Shown here piece after piece: positions 56,205 to 64,000 of a stretch of 64,000 nucleotides of DNA (position 1 is the stretch's first letter; each line of letters starts with the position of its first letter). The DNA lies in NCBI GenBank assembly GCA_023150895.1, contig JAKLJY010000004.1:43605-107604 (forward strand). Direction: 5' to 3'. A model generated the notes under the pieces. That model had not been told where the DNA came from and did not search any database. It saw only the letters and a program-made list of their open reading frames with translations. A program made the translations under genes and the position numbers. The stretch comes from Myxococcota bacterium. GTDB taxonomy: Bacteria > Myxococcota_A > Bradymonadia > UBA7976 > UBA1532.

Positions 56205-56476
56205 GCAGTTCCTCCGAATCCCGTTCCGCAGACGCCGGGCGCACCACCGCGGGCGGGCGGCGACCGGGCGTCGATCATCGACGGGTTATAAAGGCGGCCC
56301 CAAGCGAAAGCAAAGGAAATCCCGGACGGTGGACGGGCCCCGGCCCCCCCGCGACCCGTCGGCGTCACGGGCGGAAATGCGGTACCGCTGGACTCAACGT
56401 GATTGACTTCGGGAGAATGGCCAATACGATTGCCGTGCTCTCGAACAGAACCATCCGCGACTTTCCCCGAGGCGAC

Positions 56477-56983
56477 ATGCGTTCCACTCTCACGCGCTTG
56501 CCCACCCTTCTGCTCATCGGCGCCGTCGCCGTCGGCACGCTCGCTTGCGAGACGGGCTTTGGCAAACCGTGCAAACTCCCCAAGAGCCCGGCGTTCCGCG
56601 AAGCCTGCGAGCAATCCGCGGCCAATGCGGATCCGGCCGCCGAGGGCGACGGCGAAGGCGAAATCACCCAGGAGTCCGCGTCCTCGTGTGCCGTGAAGGA
56701 CTACGCGGGTTGCGAGACGCGCGTCTGCCTCGTCTACCAGGGCTCGAGCCCGTTCTGCAGCGAGACCTGCCAGGAAGACGACGATTGCGAAGGCAGCGCG
56801 AAGTGCCGATCGCTGACCGGCGGGTCGGGCGCAGACTGCCAAATCGTTCCGGGTGCTCCAATCCCCGAGTGCTACTGCGTTCGCAAGGGGGACGTTGCCG
56901 AGGAGATTCAGCCCCCGACACAGGCGACGCCGACCCCGTCCGCCGGCGGTTCGAGCGGCGCCGGGGGCGCGGCCGCGCCCTGA
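56477..56983 (+). CDS. Cys-rich secreted lipoprotein (hypothetical)
   Basis: Start at MRSTLTRLPTLLLIGAVAVGTLAC (lipobox), alternative ATG at 56417. 12 Cys in about 110 residues. Gly/Ser-rich tail. Confidence 0.5.
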   Translation: MRSTLTRLPTLLLIGAVAVGTLACETGFGKPCKLPKSPAFREACEQSAANADPAAEGDGEGEITQESASSCAVKDYAGCETRVCLVYQGSSPFCSETCQEDDDCEGSAKCRSLTGGSGADCQIVPGAPIPECYCVRKGDVAEEIQPPTQATPTPSAGGSSGAGGAAAP

Positions 56984-56991
56984 GGGTCGCG

Positions 56992-57375
56992 TCAGAAGGC
57001 CGATCGAGGAACGAACGCGTTTTCATAGTAGTCGATGTTCGCTCGCCCATCGGGCCAGGTCACCGCGGCCACGTCGAAGCGGATGCGAGCGGGCACCGTG
57101 CCTCGCGCCCGGAGATAAGCGTCGGCGGCTCGAGCAACCCTGACCTGCTTCATCGTGAGGACGGTGTTCGCAGGGCTCTCCAGGAAGTCCGTCGTCGCAC
57201 TCCGCACCTCGACGAAGGCGATGAGGTCATCACGCACCGCCACGATGTCGAGTTCGCCGGTGGCACATCGCCAGTTGCGTGCCTCGATTGTGTACCCGTC
57301 CGCCGCGAGCCGCTCCGCGACGGCCGCCTCGGCAGCCGCGCCCGTCTCGCGCCGGCGGTCGTGCGCGGTCGTCAT
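56992..57375 (-). CDS. yraN: YraN-family (UPF0102) endonuclease-like protein
   Basis: ..GELDIVAVRDDLIAFVEVRS.. PD-(D/E)xK-like YraN signature. ATG overlaps the upstream stop (ATGA). Confidence 0.75.
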   Translation of the reverse strand: MTTAHDRRRETGAAAEAAVAERLAADGYTIEARNWRCATGELDIVAVRDDLIAFVEVRSATTDFLESPANTVLTMKQVRVARAADAYLRARGTVPARIRFDVAAVTWPDGRANIDYYENAFVPRSAF

Positions 57376-58574
57376 GTCTCGACGCCGGTATCGGGACCGG
57401 GTTCGAGCGCAGCGGTGTGCATGCCCTCACCCGCCGTCCGCCGGAAGACCACGAGCGGGATGACATTGCCGGCGAACTCAAACACCCGGCGCCAGGTGAT
57501 GCCCGTGTCCCCTGCCCCGTCGGCCACCCAGAACAAGGGGGCGGGGCGCGGACCGCGCGCAGCCATCGCCGCCAGGACGAGGCCCGCCGAGGCAGTCGCC
57601 ACGCAGTCGACGCCGAACGCCGCAACGGCGGCTTCGACCTTGTGTGCCTCCGGAAGGCCTCCGGCGTAGACGTCCACGTGATCCACGACCTCCGAATGGG
57701 GTCGTTTGGCGCCGAGGTCGCGGAGCGCGGCCTCGATGGCCTCCGGGCGCCTCGAGCCGGTCAATCGCTCGAGCGACGCCATGAACCCTTCGAGCTCGTC
57801 GAGTTGCCGAGAGCGCGCCCGGAGCGCGGCCTCGGCCTCGTCCAGTGCGCGTAGGCGTTCACTGCGGCGTTCGGCGTCATCGACCCAGCCCAGTGCACGC
57901 CAGGCGGCGAGGCCGAACAGCGGCGGGCCGGCGAGTCCGGTGAAACGAATCCCGCTGTCGCTCGCCCACCCGACACAGAGAGCGAGGAGACCCGCGGAGA
58001 AACCTCCGACCGCGACGGGGTCACGCCACGGCGTCGTGCCGCCCGAGGATGCCCCTGCTCGACGCGCGGCTTCGACCCGTTGACGCGCGGCCGCGACCTC
58101 GGCTGGAAGGACCGTCGGCTCCGTGGCGTGCGCCAGCAGCGCACGACGGATTCCGTCCTGGATCTGCGGTTCCGCCTGAGTCGGAAAATCGACGGACGAG
58201 AGCGTGAGAGAACGAAAGACCAACGCGCTCGGGAGATTGAGCAAAGCCGTCGTCATCTGATTGACCGCACCCGGAGAGTCCGCGACGGGCTCGGCCCGCG
58301 ATCCCTGGAGGTGCAAGAGGGCGCGGCGCCCGGTGGTCAGGTCGATCTCGACGCGATACCGGAGGCCGTTGACCTCAAAAGTCAACCCTGCTCCCCGAAG
58401 CCCGCCACGGGCGCCACCCGGAAAGAACTCGGCGCCATAAAGCGCCGCACAGAGTGCATCCCGGAGCGGACGCAGGGGCAATTCGGCCGGGGCAACGACC
58501 ACCGTCGCCGTGCCCTTCAGCGTGGCCCGGTACGTGTTGGGGCCCCAACGGAAGTCGAGTCGGTGGAGCATCAC
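57372..58574 (-). CDS. hypothetical protein (400 aa, central coiled-coil), between rplS and yraN
   Basis: Coherent GC3 bias. No recognisable motifs. Coiled-coil segment (..RSERLRALDEAEAALRARSRQLDELEGFMASLERL..). Confidence 0.5.
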   Translation of the reverse strand: MMLHRLDFRWGPNTYRATLKGTATVVVAPAELPLRPLRDALCAALYGAEFFPGGARGGLRGAGLTFEVNGLRYRVEIDLTTGRRALLHLQGSRAEPVADSPGAVNQMTTALLNLPSALVFRSLTLSSVDFPTQAEPQIQDGIRRALLAHATEPTVLPAEVAAARQRVEAARRAGASSGGTTPWRDPVAVGGFSAGLLALCVGWASDSGIRFTGLAGPPLFGLAAWRALGWVDDAERRSERLRALDEAEAALRARSRQLDELEGFMASLERLTGSRRPEAIEAALRDLGAKRPHSEVVDHVDVYAGGLPEAHKVEAAVAAFGVDCVATASAGLVLAAMAARGPRPAPLFWVADGAGDTGITWRRVFEFAGNVIPLVVFRRTAGEGMHTAALEPGPDTGVET

Positions 58575-58671
58575 GGCAGGCGCAAGAAAACGACGCCACC
58601 GGGCTCATGTCCAGCGGAGACGGTTCTCGGCAGTAATTGTGGGTCGAGAGAACGCCAACCGACGCCCGGGC

Positions 58672-59013
58672 TCACGTCCGCGGGCGGATGCGGGCGGCCT
58701 TGCCGGCCAGGTCGCGCAGGTAGTAGATGCGCGCCTGACGGACACGCCCGGCCTGGATGACCTCGATCTTGTCGATGGTCGGGCTGTTGAGCGCGAAGAT
58801 GCGCTCGACCCCGATGCCGAAGCTGACCTTCCGCACGGTGAACGAGGCCCGGGTGCCGTCCCCGTGGCGGCGGATGCAGACGCCCTCGAACGCCTGGACG
58901 CGCTCCTTCTCGCCTTCTTTGATCTTCACATGCACCCGCACGGTGTCCCCCGTCCGGAACTCGGGAAGGTCACTCCGCAACAGGCGGTTCTCCACCATGC
59001 TCAACGCGTTCAT
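58672..59013 (-). CDS. rplS: 50S ribosomal protein L19
   Basis: ..[57 protein letters not shown].. Confidence 0.9.
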   Translation of the reverse strand: MNALSMVENRLLRSDLPEFRTGDTVRVHVKIKEGEKERVQAFEGVCIRRHGDGTRASFTVRKVSFGIGVERIFALNSPTIDKIEVIQAGRVRQARIYYLRDLAGKAARIRPRT

Positions 59014-59744
59014 TTTTCGCTCTCCTCATGGACCATCAGCGCGTCGACGAATCGGCGCTCTTCGGGTGTCATCTCGACGGTCTGCAACATCTCAGGGCGT
59101 CGGAGCGCAGTCCTGCGCAAGGACTCGCGCCGTCGCCAACGATCGATCTCGGCATGGTGGCCGCTGAGCAGGACCTCGGGCACCGCCACGCCCCGCCAGG
59201 TTGCGGGGCGCGTGTAGTGCGGATGTTCGAGAAGGCCCTGGCTGAAGGACTCGTGCGCCGCGGACTCGGCATTGCCGAGGGCGCCGGGGATGAGCCGGAC
59301 GACCGCATCGATCACGCAGAGCGCTGCCAGTTCCCCCCCGCTCAGCACGAAGTCTCCCAATGAGAGTTCTTCGTCGACGAACTCGGAAAGGACACGCTCG
59401 TCGATGCCTTCGTACCGGCCACAGAGCAGGAGCACCGAGTCCAGGCCGGCGAGTGAAGTCGCGTCCCGCTGCGTGAACGTCCGCCCGCCGGGGGTCAACA
59501 TGACCCGGCGCCCGACGGGACCTGCCGACTCGATCGCAAGCGCGACGGGCTCGGCCTTCATCACCATGCCCGCGCCGCCACCGAACGGCACATCGTCCAC
59601 CGTGCGGTGGCGGTCCGTCGTGAAGGACCGGGGGTCGATGCACGCCGCCTCGAAGAGGCCGCGCGCCCGTGCGCGCCCGACGATCCCCTCGTTCAGATAG
59701 GCGTCGACGATGCCCGGGAAGAGGGTGACGACCGAGAAGCGCAC
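59010..59744 (-). CDS. trmD: tRNA (guanine37-N1)-methyltransferase
   Basis: [13 protein letters not shown]... TrmD/SPOUT signature. Overlaps the rplS start (ATGA). Confidence 0.9.
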   Translation of the reverse strand: MRFSVVTLFPGIVDAYLNEGIVGRARARGLFEAACIDPRSFTTDRHRTVDDVPFGGGAGMVMKAEPVALAIESAGPVGRRVMLTPGGRTFTQRDATSLAGLDSVLLLCGRYEGIDERVLSEFVDEELSLGDFVLSGGELAALCVIDAVVRLIPGALGNAESAAHESFSQGLLEHPHYTRPATWRGVAVPEVLLSGHHAEIDRWRRRESLRRTALRRPEMLQTVEMTPEERRFVDALMVHEESEK

Positions 59745-59751
59745 GTTCGAA

Positions 59752-60282
59752 TCACCGCGCGCCCGAATCGGAATCCGGAGGGAGAAGGCCCGCCGTGTTC
59801 GTCAGGTGGACCACGCGTGCCTCGGGGTCGACCCTGGCCACGTAGGTCTCGACGAACGGGACCAGAATCTCTCCTGCACCGCGGATGACCAAGACGTCTG
59901 AGGCGGGCATGGACCAGACATCGGCGACGCGTCCCAAGGCGTCGCCGTTTTCGGTTTGCGCAAGCATCCCGATGAGGTCGACGTGGTAGTACTCGCCGTC
60001 GCTGGTCGCTGGAAAGTTCTCCCGCGCCTCGAACCACACCATACCGTTCAAAGAACTGGCCACCTCTCGGGTCGCCACGCCTTTCAGGCGAACGACGAAC
60101 CCGCTCGGTTCGCGCCGGACCTCTTCGACTTCGTAGGCCCGGGTTTCCTCCGGCCCCACCCCCACCTGAAGGACCCGGCCGGGCTTCAGAAGGTCGCTGG
60201 ACTCATTGTGCGGCCAGAACCACACCGCGCCCCGTACCCCGTGGGGTCGACCGAAGCGGCCGAGCGCGATGCTCGAACTCAC
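59752..60282 (-). CDS. rimM: ribosome maturation factor RimM
   Basis: ..GRFGRPHGVRGAV.. RimM N-terminal motif plus PRC barrel. GTG start. Confidence 0.85.
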   Translation of the reverse strand: MSSSIALGRFGRPHGVRGAVWFWPHNESSDLLKPGRVLQVGVGPEETRAYEVEEVRREPSGFVVRLKGVATREVASSLNGMVWFEARENFPATSDGEYYHVDLIGMLAQTENGDALGRVADVWSMPASDVLVIRGAGEILVPFVETYVARVDPEARVVHLTNTAGLLPPDSDSGAR

Positions 60283-60536
60283 CCGTCCGCCACTTCGAGG
60301 ACGGGGACCGGACCGCCACCGGCCGCGGCGCGGACGACAGCCTCGATGGCTTTGATCGTCCGACCCTGACGGCCGATGACCGCGCCCCGATCTTCGTCTT
60401 CGACCTCGATCACGATGACGGGCTGACCTTCGTCTTCCGTCTGAGTCACCGTCACGGCCTCGGGCTCATCGACGAGGTGCTCGACGATGTACCGCGTCAG
60501 GTCGACGAGCGGCTCGTCGCTCGAAGTGCGCCGCAT
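60279..60536 (-). CDS. KH-domain RNA-binding protein (YlqC/UPF0109)
   Basis: 85 aa. ..VIGRQGRTIKAIEAVV.. is the KH GxxG loop. The long N-terminal extension in the ORF track is rejected. Confidence 0.75.
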   Translation of the reverse strand: MRRTSSDEPLVDLTRYIVEHLVDEPEAVTVTQTEDEGQPVIVIEVEDEDRGAVIGRQGRTIKAIEAVVRAAAGGGPVPVLEVADG

Positions 60537-60541
60537 GGTGC

Positions 60542-60802
60542 TCAGGCCTGGACGGCCGGCTGCTCGCGCCGGAAGCGGCGGATCAGGCTGGCGGTCGTGT
60601 CGGTGGCCTTGGCGCCATTCTTGACCCAGTGATCGACCCGCGCGAGGTCGAGTTTGATCGACCCGGGATCGCTCATCGGGTCGTACGTGCCCACCTGCTC
60701 GAGGAAGGCGCCATCGCGCTTGGAGCGCGAGTCGGCGACGACGATGCGGTAGAAAGGATTCTTCTTGGCGCCGAAACGCTGGAGGCGAATGTGAACGGCC
60801 AT
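60542..60802 (-). CDS. rpsP: 30S ribosomal protein S16
   Basis: [42 protein letters not shown]... Start at the internal Met of the ORF. Confidence 0.9.
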   Translation of the reverse strand: MAVHIRLQRFGAKKNPFYRIVVADSRSKRDGAFLEQVGTYDPMSDPGSIKLDLARVDHWVKNGAKATDTTASLIRRFRREQPAVQA

Positions 60803-60836
60803 TTCCGGAGCTACCCCTCGGTTTGCGAGACGCCGC

Positions 60837-60865
60837 ACGGTAGAGATGTCGATCGACGATGTCAA
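60837..60865 (-). promoter_or_regulatory. candidate sigma70-type promoter of the rpsP operon
   Basis: On the minus strand: TTGACA-17 nt-TACCGT, located about 35-60 nt upstream of the rpsP ATG. Confidence 0.3.
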
Positions 60866-60886
60866 GAGGTCTCGTTTCGACCGACG

Positions 60887-63187
60887 TCACGGGGCCCGCG
60901 GACGAACGTCGCGCTCGGGCGGTGGAGCGAGGCGCCCTTCGTCCTGCATCGCGTCCCGAATGAGGCGCAAGGCGATCGGACGCACGGCCGACAGGTCCAC
61001 TCGCGCCATCGGATCCTCGGCGAGATTCCAGAGCTGAAGTCCCCGGGCGGCGCTCCCGCGCAGCCACCAGTCGCCGAGGCGTGCGGCGACCTGTCCTCCG
61101 ACGGCCGCGGCGTCCGCCCTCGGCGGGAGCGCTGCACCGAAGAGCAATGCGGCCGTCAGTCCCCGCCCGCGCCACGACGTCGGGCGCTCTACGGCCGCGA
61201 GTTCGAGCACCGTGGCGGCCGCGTCGCCGAGGTCCCCGCCACGCATCAGGTCATGGGGCCGTTCTCCCAACATGCTCGGGTGCCAGACGACGAGCGGCAC
61301 CCGAAGGACGTCGGGTGTCAACGACGGGCCGTCTGACCGCCCGAGCCTCAGGACCTGTCCGGTCGTCCCGACGATCACGACCGCGGTGTCCCGAAGCACG
61401 CCGTGGCTCTGAAGCAGCGCGAAGAGCTGCCCGATCCAGAAGTCGGCGGCGCTGACCTGCGCGTCGTAGCGGGCAGTGAGCGCCGCCAGCGCTGCACGCG
61501 TTTCTTCGGCTTCGAGTTCGGCGCGCGAAGGGGCCGGCGCGGCCTCGTCGCCCGGACCCGGGGTCTCGTCCGGTTCGGCGTCCGCACGGTGCCGGTGGGC
61601 GTAGAGGCGCACGTACCCGGGCGCATCTTCTCCCGCCTGGCGCGGCTCCGTCGTCGTGACGTACGCAAAAAAGGGTGTTCGCTTGCGGACGTCGATCCAC
61701 TCGCCGAGTTCGCGAAGGAGGACCCTCGTCTCCGGCGCTTCCGCCGTCCGCCTCAGGTCGAACTGCGTCGTGAACTCGGCGACGAGTGCAGGGTCGATCT
61801 CGGCCGACGCGCCGAAATAGCCCGAGAAGCGCCCCGAGCCCGTCATCAGGGCCGGGAGCGACGGCGCGGTCGGATCGGGCCGGAGCAGGCGCCTGTGACC
61901 CTCGTCGGCGGTCGCGGCGCCGGACCAGACGTCGTCGCCCGCGCCTCCGGCTCTGAAGAGAAGATCGAGGTTGGGCGTCGCGGCCCGCTCCCCGCCGCGA
62001 CCGAGGGCAACGCGATCGGCGCGGAGGCCGTCGATGGCCCAGACGACGACGTTGCGCGCGCCGGGGACGTGGACGTCCGGCAACGGAGGCATACGCAGGG
62101 CCGGGTTGACCCAGCCGGCCGCGTTGAAGGCGCTCGCCGTGCCGGCCGCCGTCGCGCGGGTTTCGAGGACGAGGCGAACGGGCTGCCGTGCGAACCGCGA
62201 GAGGTCGAGATCCACCGTCCGCCGCGTCCGGGGCTCGACTCGCAAGCGCCCGACGTCGACCGGGTCGGAGGCGTCCCCCTGCAAGACGACGCGAAACTCG
62301 ACCGCCGTCTCTCCGGCGACCGCCTCGGCCGTGAAGTGTGCCTGCTCCGGAAGCCACACGTAGAACGTCCACGCGCTCGGCGGCCCCGCGAAAAGGGCCG
62401 GCATGGGCTGCCCGTCGACGGCGAGTGTTCCCGTCCAGGCCTTCGGCGCCTCACCCGGTCGCGCATCGGCGCTGAGGACCACCGGTCCGAGCCCGCCGGG
62501 CGTCCGCTGCTTTCCCACGAAACGTGTGAACCGGAACCAGAGCCGCAGTCGGTGCTCACCCGGCGAGAGACCCCCCTCGGGCAGGCTGAACGTGACGCTG
62601 CGCCCCTGCGTCGGCACGGCCACCGTGCCGAGGCTGGCGTCGTCGAGGAAGAGCGTGACCCGCTGATTCGGCGCGATCGCCTTCAAGTAGATCGATCCCG
62701 TGCGCAATGCCGGCCCTTCGGGTCCGACGGGGAACGCGAGCGTCGTCCCGATCCCTTCGGGCCAAGCAAGACGTCCCGTCTCCCCGCGCGGTGGGGCGAG
62801 CCAGCTCTTCCGATCGCCGAGCTGAGCGACCCGCTCCCACCCGGGGCCCGCCGGGTCGAGGACCGGACCGTCCCGGCGAACGTGGGCCCGGCGCGCCTGC
62901 TGAACGAGGTCGACGAAAGTGCGGGCGTCGTCCGGCGTCGGGACGCCGGCTTCGAGGGGCAACTCGTCTTCCTGCGGGACGGCACTCGGCGCCGCGCTCG
63001 GCGTCGGTGGGACCCCCGTCTCGAGGGCCGACCGGGCGGGCGGTCGCCCCCCGGCGTCTGCGATCGTGGGTTCGACGGAAGGCGGCGCCTCGCAGGCCGT
63101 CAGACCCGCCCCCGCGACGAGGCACATCCGAAGCCAGTGGCTGAAATGTGCGCGTGCGCGCGCTCGGGGATCGGGTGGGGGCAGCAT
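60887..63187 (-). CDS. alkaline-phosphatase-superfamily (sulfatase/phosphodiesterase-like) lipoprotein
   Basis: Start at MLPPPDPRARARAHFSHWLRMCLVAGAGLTAC (lipobox). ..NVVVWAIDGLRADRV.. is a metal-binding motif typical of the AP/sulfatase superfamily. No CxPxR sulfatase motif seen. Confidence 0.5.
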   Translation of the reverse strand: MLPPPDPRARARAHFSHWLRMCLVAGAGLTACEAPPSVEPTIADAGGRPPARSALETGVPPTPSAAPSAVPQEDELPLEAGVPTPDDARTFVDLVQQARRAHVRRDGPVLDPAGPGWERVAQLGDRKSWLAPPRGETGRLAWPEGIGTTLAFPVGPEGPALRTGSIYLKAIAPNQRVTLFLDDASLGTVAVPTQGRSVTFSLPEGGLSPGEHRLRLWFRFTRFVGKQRTPGGLGPVVLSADARPGEAPKAWTGTLAVDGQPMPALFAGPPSAWTFYVWLPEQAHFTAEAVAGETAVEFRVVLQGDASDPVDVGRLRVEPRTRRTVDLDLSRFARQPVRLVLETRATAAGTASAFNAAGWVNPALRMPPLPDVHVPGARNVVVWAIDGLRADRVALGRGGERAATPNLDLLFRAGGAGDDVWSGAATADEGHRRLLRPDPTAPSLPALMTGSGRFSGYFGASAEIDPALVAEFTTQFDLRRTAEAPETRVLLRELGEWIDVRKRTPFFAYVTTTEPRQAGEDAPGYVRLYAHRHRADAEPDETPGPGDEAAPAPSRAELEAEETRAALAALTARYDAQVSAADFWIGQLFALLQSHGVLRDTAVVIVGTTGQVLRLGRSDGPSLTPDVLRVPLVVWHPSMLGERPHDLMRGGDLGDAAATVLELAAVERPTSWRGRGLTAALLFGAALPPRADAAAVGGQVAARLGDWWLRGSAARGLQLWNLAEDPMARVDLSAVRPIALRLIRDAMQDEGRLAPPPERDVRPRAP

Positions 63188-63335
63188 GGGCGCCGCATGG
63201 TGCCCGGGCCCGCGTCGCGGTTCAAGCGCGTCCCCGGGGTTGCCGCCCGCGGAACCGGGGCGCACGCATCGCCGGGCCCCACCCGCGTCGACACGCGTTG
63301 ACAGCGCCGGCGAGCGTCTCTAGAAACGGCGCCCC

Positions 63336-64000
63336 ATGGCCGACCCCACTCGAATCGAGGCGTCCGACGCCCCCGCTCCCCTTCGTCGCCGCACCATCGC
63401 GGCTCTCGCCGCGACCGGCTTTCTGCTGCTCGGGATCGTGGAGGGCGTCGCGTTGCCCGGCAACGACCGCGCGGCGCTCGTCTTTGCAGCCGGCGGGATG
63501 ACGGGGCTCGCCGGCCTGCTCGTCGGAGCCGTCGCCGCCTTGCTCCTTCCGGCCTGGCTCCACCGCTGGCGTGCCGGCGGCAGGCACCTGTTTCTGCCGG
63601 GCGCACCGCCGGATGTTGCGAGTGAGGCGCGGCTCGGGGTCGCCGCCGACCTGATTGCCTTCGCAATCGGCCTTCTGCCGCTCGTCCTCGCGACGGGAGC
63701 CGCCGGGCGGGTCGCGCACGGATTCGTCCAGGGCGGGTTCGCAGGGCCCTTCGTCGCGATTGGAGCGCTCGGCGGGGTGAGCGTCGGCGTGCTCGCCTTC
63801 CCCGCCGTCCGCGACGCCGCCCGGGTCGTGTTGCGTCGCCTCGTCCCCGCCGCACACGTCGGCGGCCTGCCGCTGCCCGGGCTCATGGTCGCGCTGGCCG
63901 TGCTCGCCGGAACGCTCGGCGGTGCGTGGCTCCTCTCGCGGATCGACGTAGGCGCGTGGCGCCTCGGATGGCTGGGCGCCGTTGCGCTGACGGCGGCGGC
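63336..64000 (+). CDS. integral membrane protein (3'-partial, runs off the window)
   Basis: ATG 63336. GC3-rich open frame to the window end. Multiple hydrophobic helices. Not in the supplied ORF track because it has no stop in the window. Confidence 0.45.
   Translation, partial: MADPTRIEASDAPAPLRRRTIAALAATGFLLLGIVEGVALPGNDRAALVFAAGGMTGLAGLLVGAVAALLLPAWLHRWRAGGRHLFLPGAPPDVASEARLGVAADLIAFAIGLLPLVLATGAAGRVAHGFVQGGFAGPFVAIGALGGVSVGVLAFPAVRDAARVVLRRLVPAAHVGGLPLPGLMVALAVLAGTLGGAWLLSRIDVGAWRLGWLGAVALTAA

Noticed and set aside
1-64000. tRNA, rRNA, ncRNA, IS elements, integrases, toxin-antitoxin or restriction/defense systems
   Set aside because: The intergenic regions are short (mostly under 160 nt). 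None shows tRNA-like T-arm or anticodon structure or rRNA similarity by eye. No transposase, integrase or nuclease-like CDS was seen. Nothing supports a mobile or defense element in this window.

Overview
This is a very GC-rich window (roughly 70% G+C by eye, strong GC3 bias). It is chromosomal, and the gene content looks like Myxococcota: PilZ, FHA, T2SSE_N/GAF proteins, giant TPR proteins and lipoproteins. I call about 40 CDS. I see no rRNA, tRNA, CRISPR array or IS/transposase.

Two features dominate. First, two giant paralogous genes (8.5 kb on 4772..13306 minus, and 11.7 kb on 34712..46423 minus) encode cytoplasmic TPR-like solenoids with a period of about 73 aa. Both end in a related non-TPR C-terminal domain.

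Second, a roughly 21.5 kb minus-strand operon (56204 down to 34712) matches the Myxococcus xanthus Agl-Glt 'G1' gliding-motility cluster in gene order and domain architecture. The order is: secreted TPR protein; large secreted TPR protein (GltD/AgmU-like); TPR lipoprotein (GltE/AglT-like); small secreted protein (GltF-like); FHA-TM-TonB_C protein (GltG/PglI-like); TPR lipoprotein; giant cytoplasmic TPR protein (GltI/AgmK-like). The operon terminates in rsmI. No GltJ-like gene or AglRQS motor is in the window. These assignments rest on architecture and synteny only, not on a database search.

The rest is housekeeping or accessory. It includes rpsP-KH-rimM-trmD-rplS, an unknown 400-aa protein, yraN, prmA, rsmE, ctaB with an ABC-2 exporter and DUF420, a sigma54-dependent response regulator next to an OM beta-barrel gene, several HExxH (MA-clan-like) proteins, and an MshEN-like/GAF/Pro-rich/HEAT multidomain protein.

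Many long ORFs in the six-frame track are antisense or frame-shadow artefacts of the high GC and are rejected.
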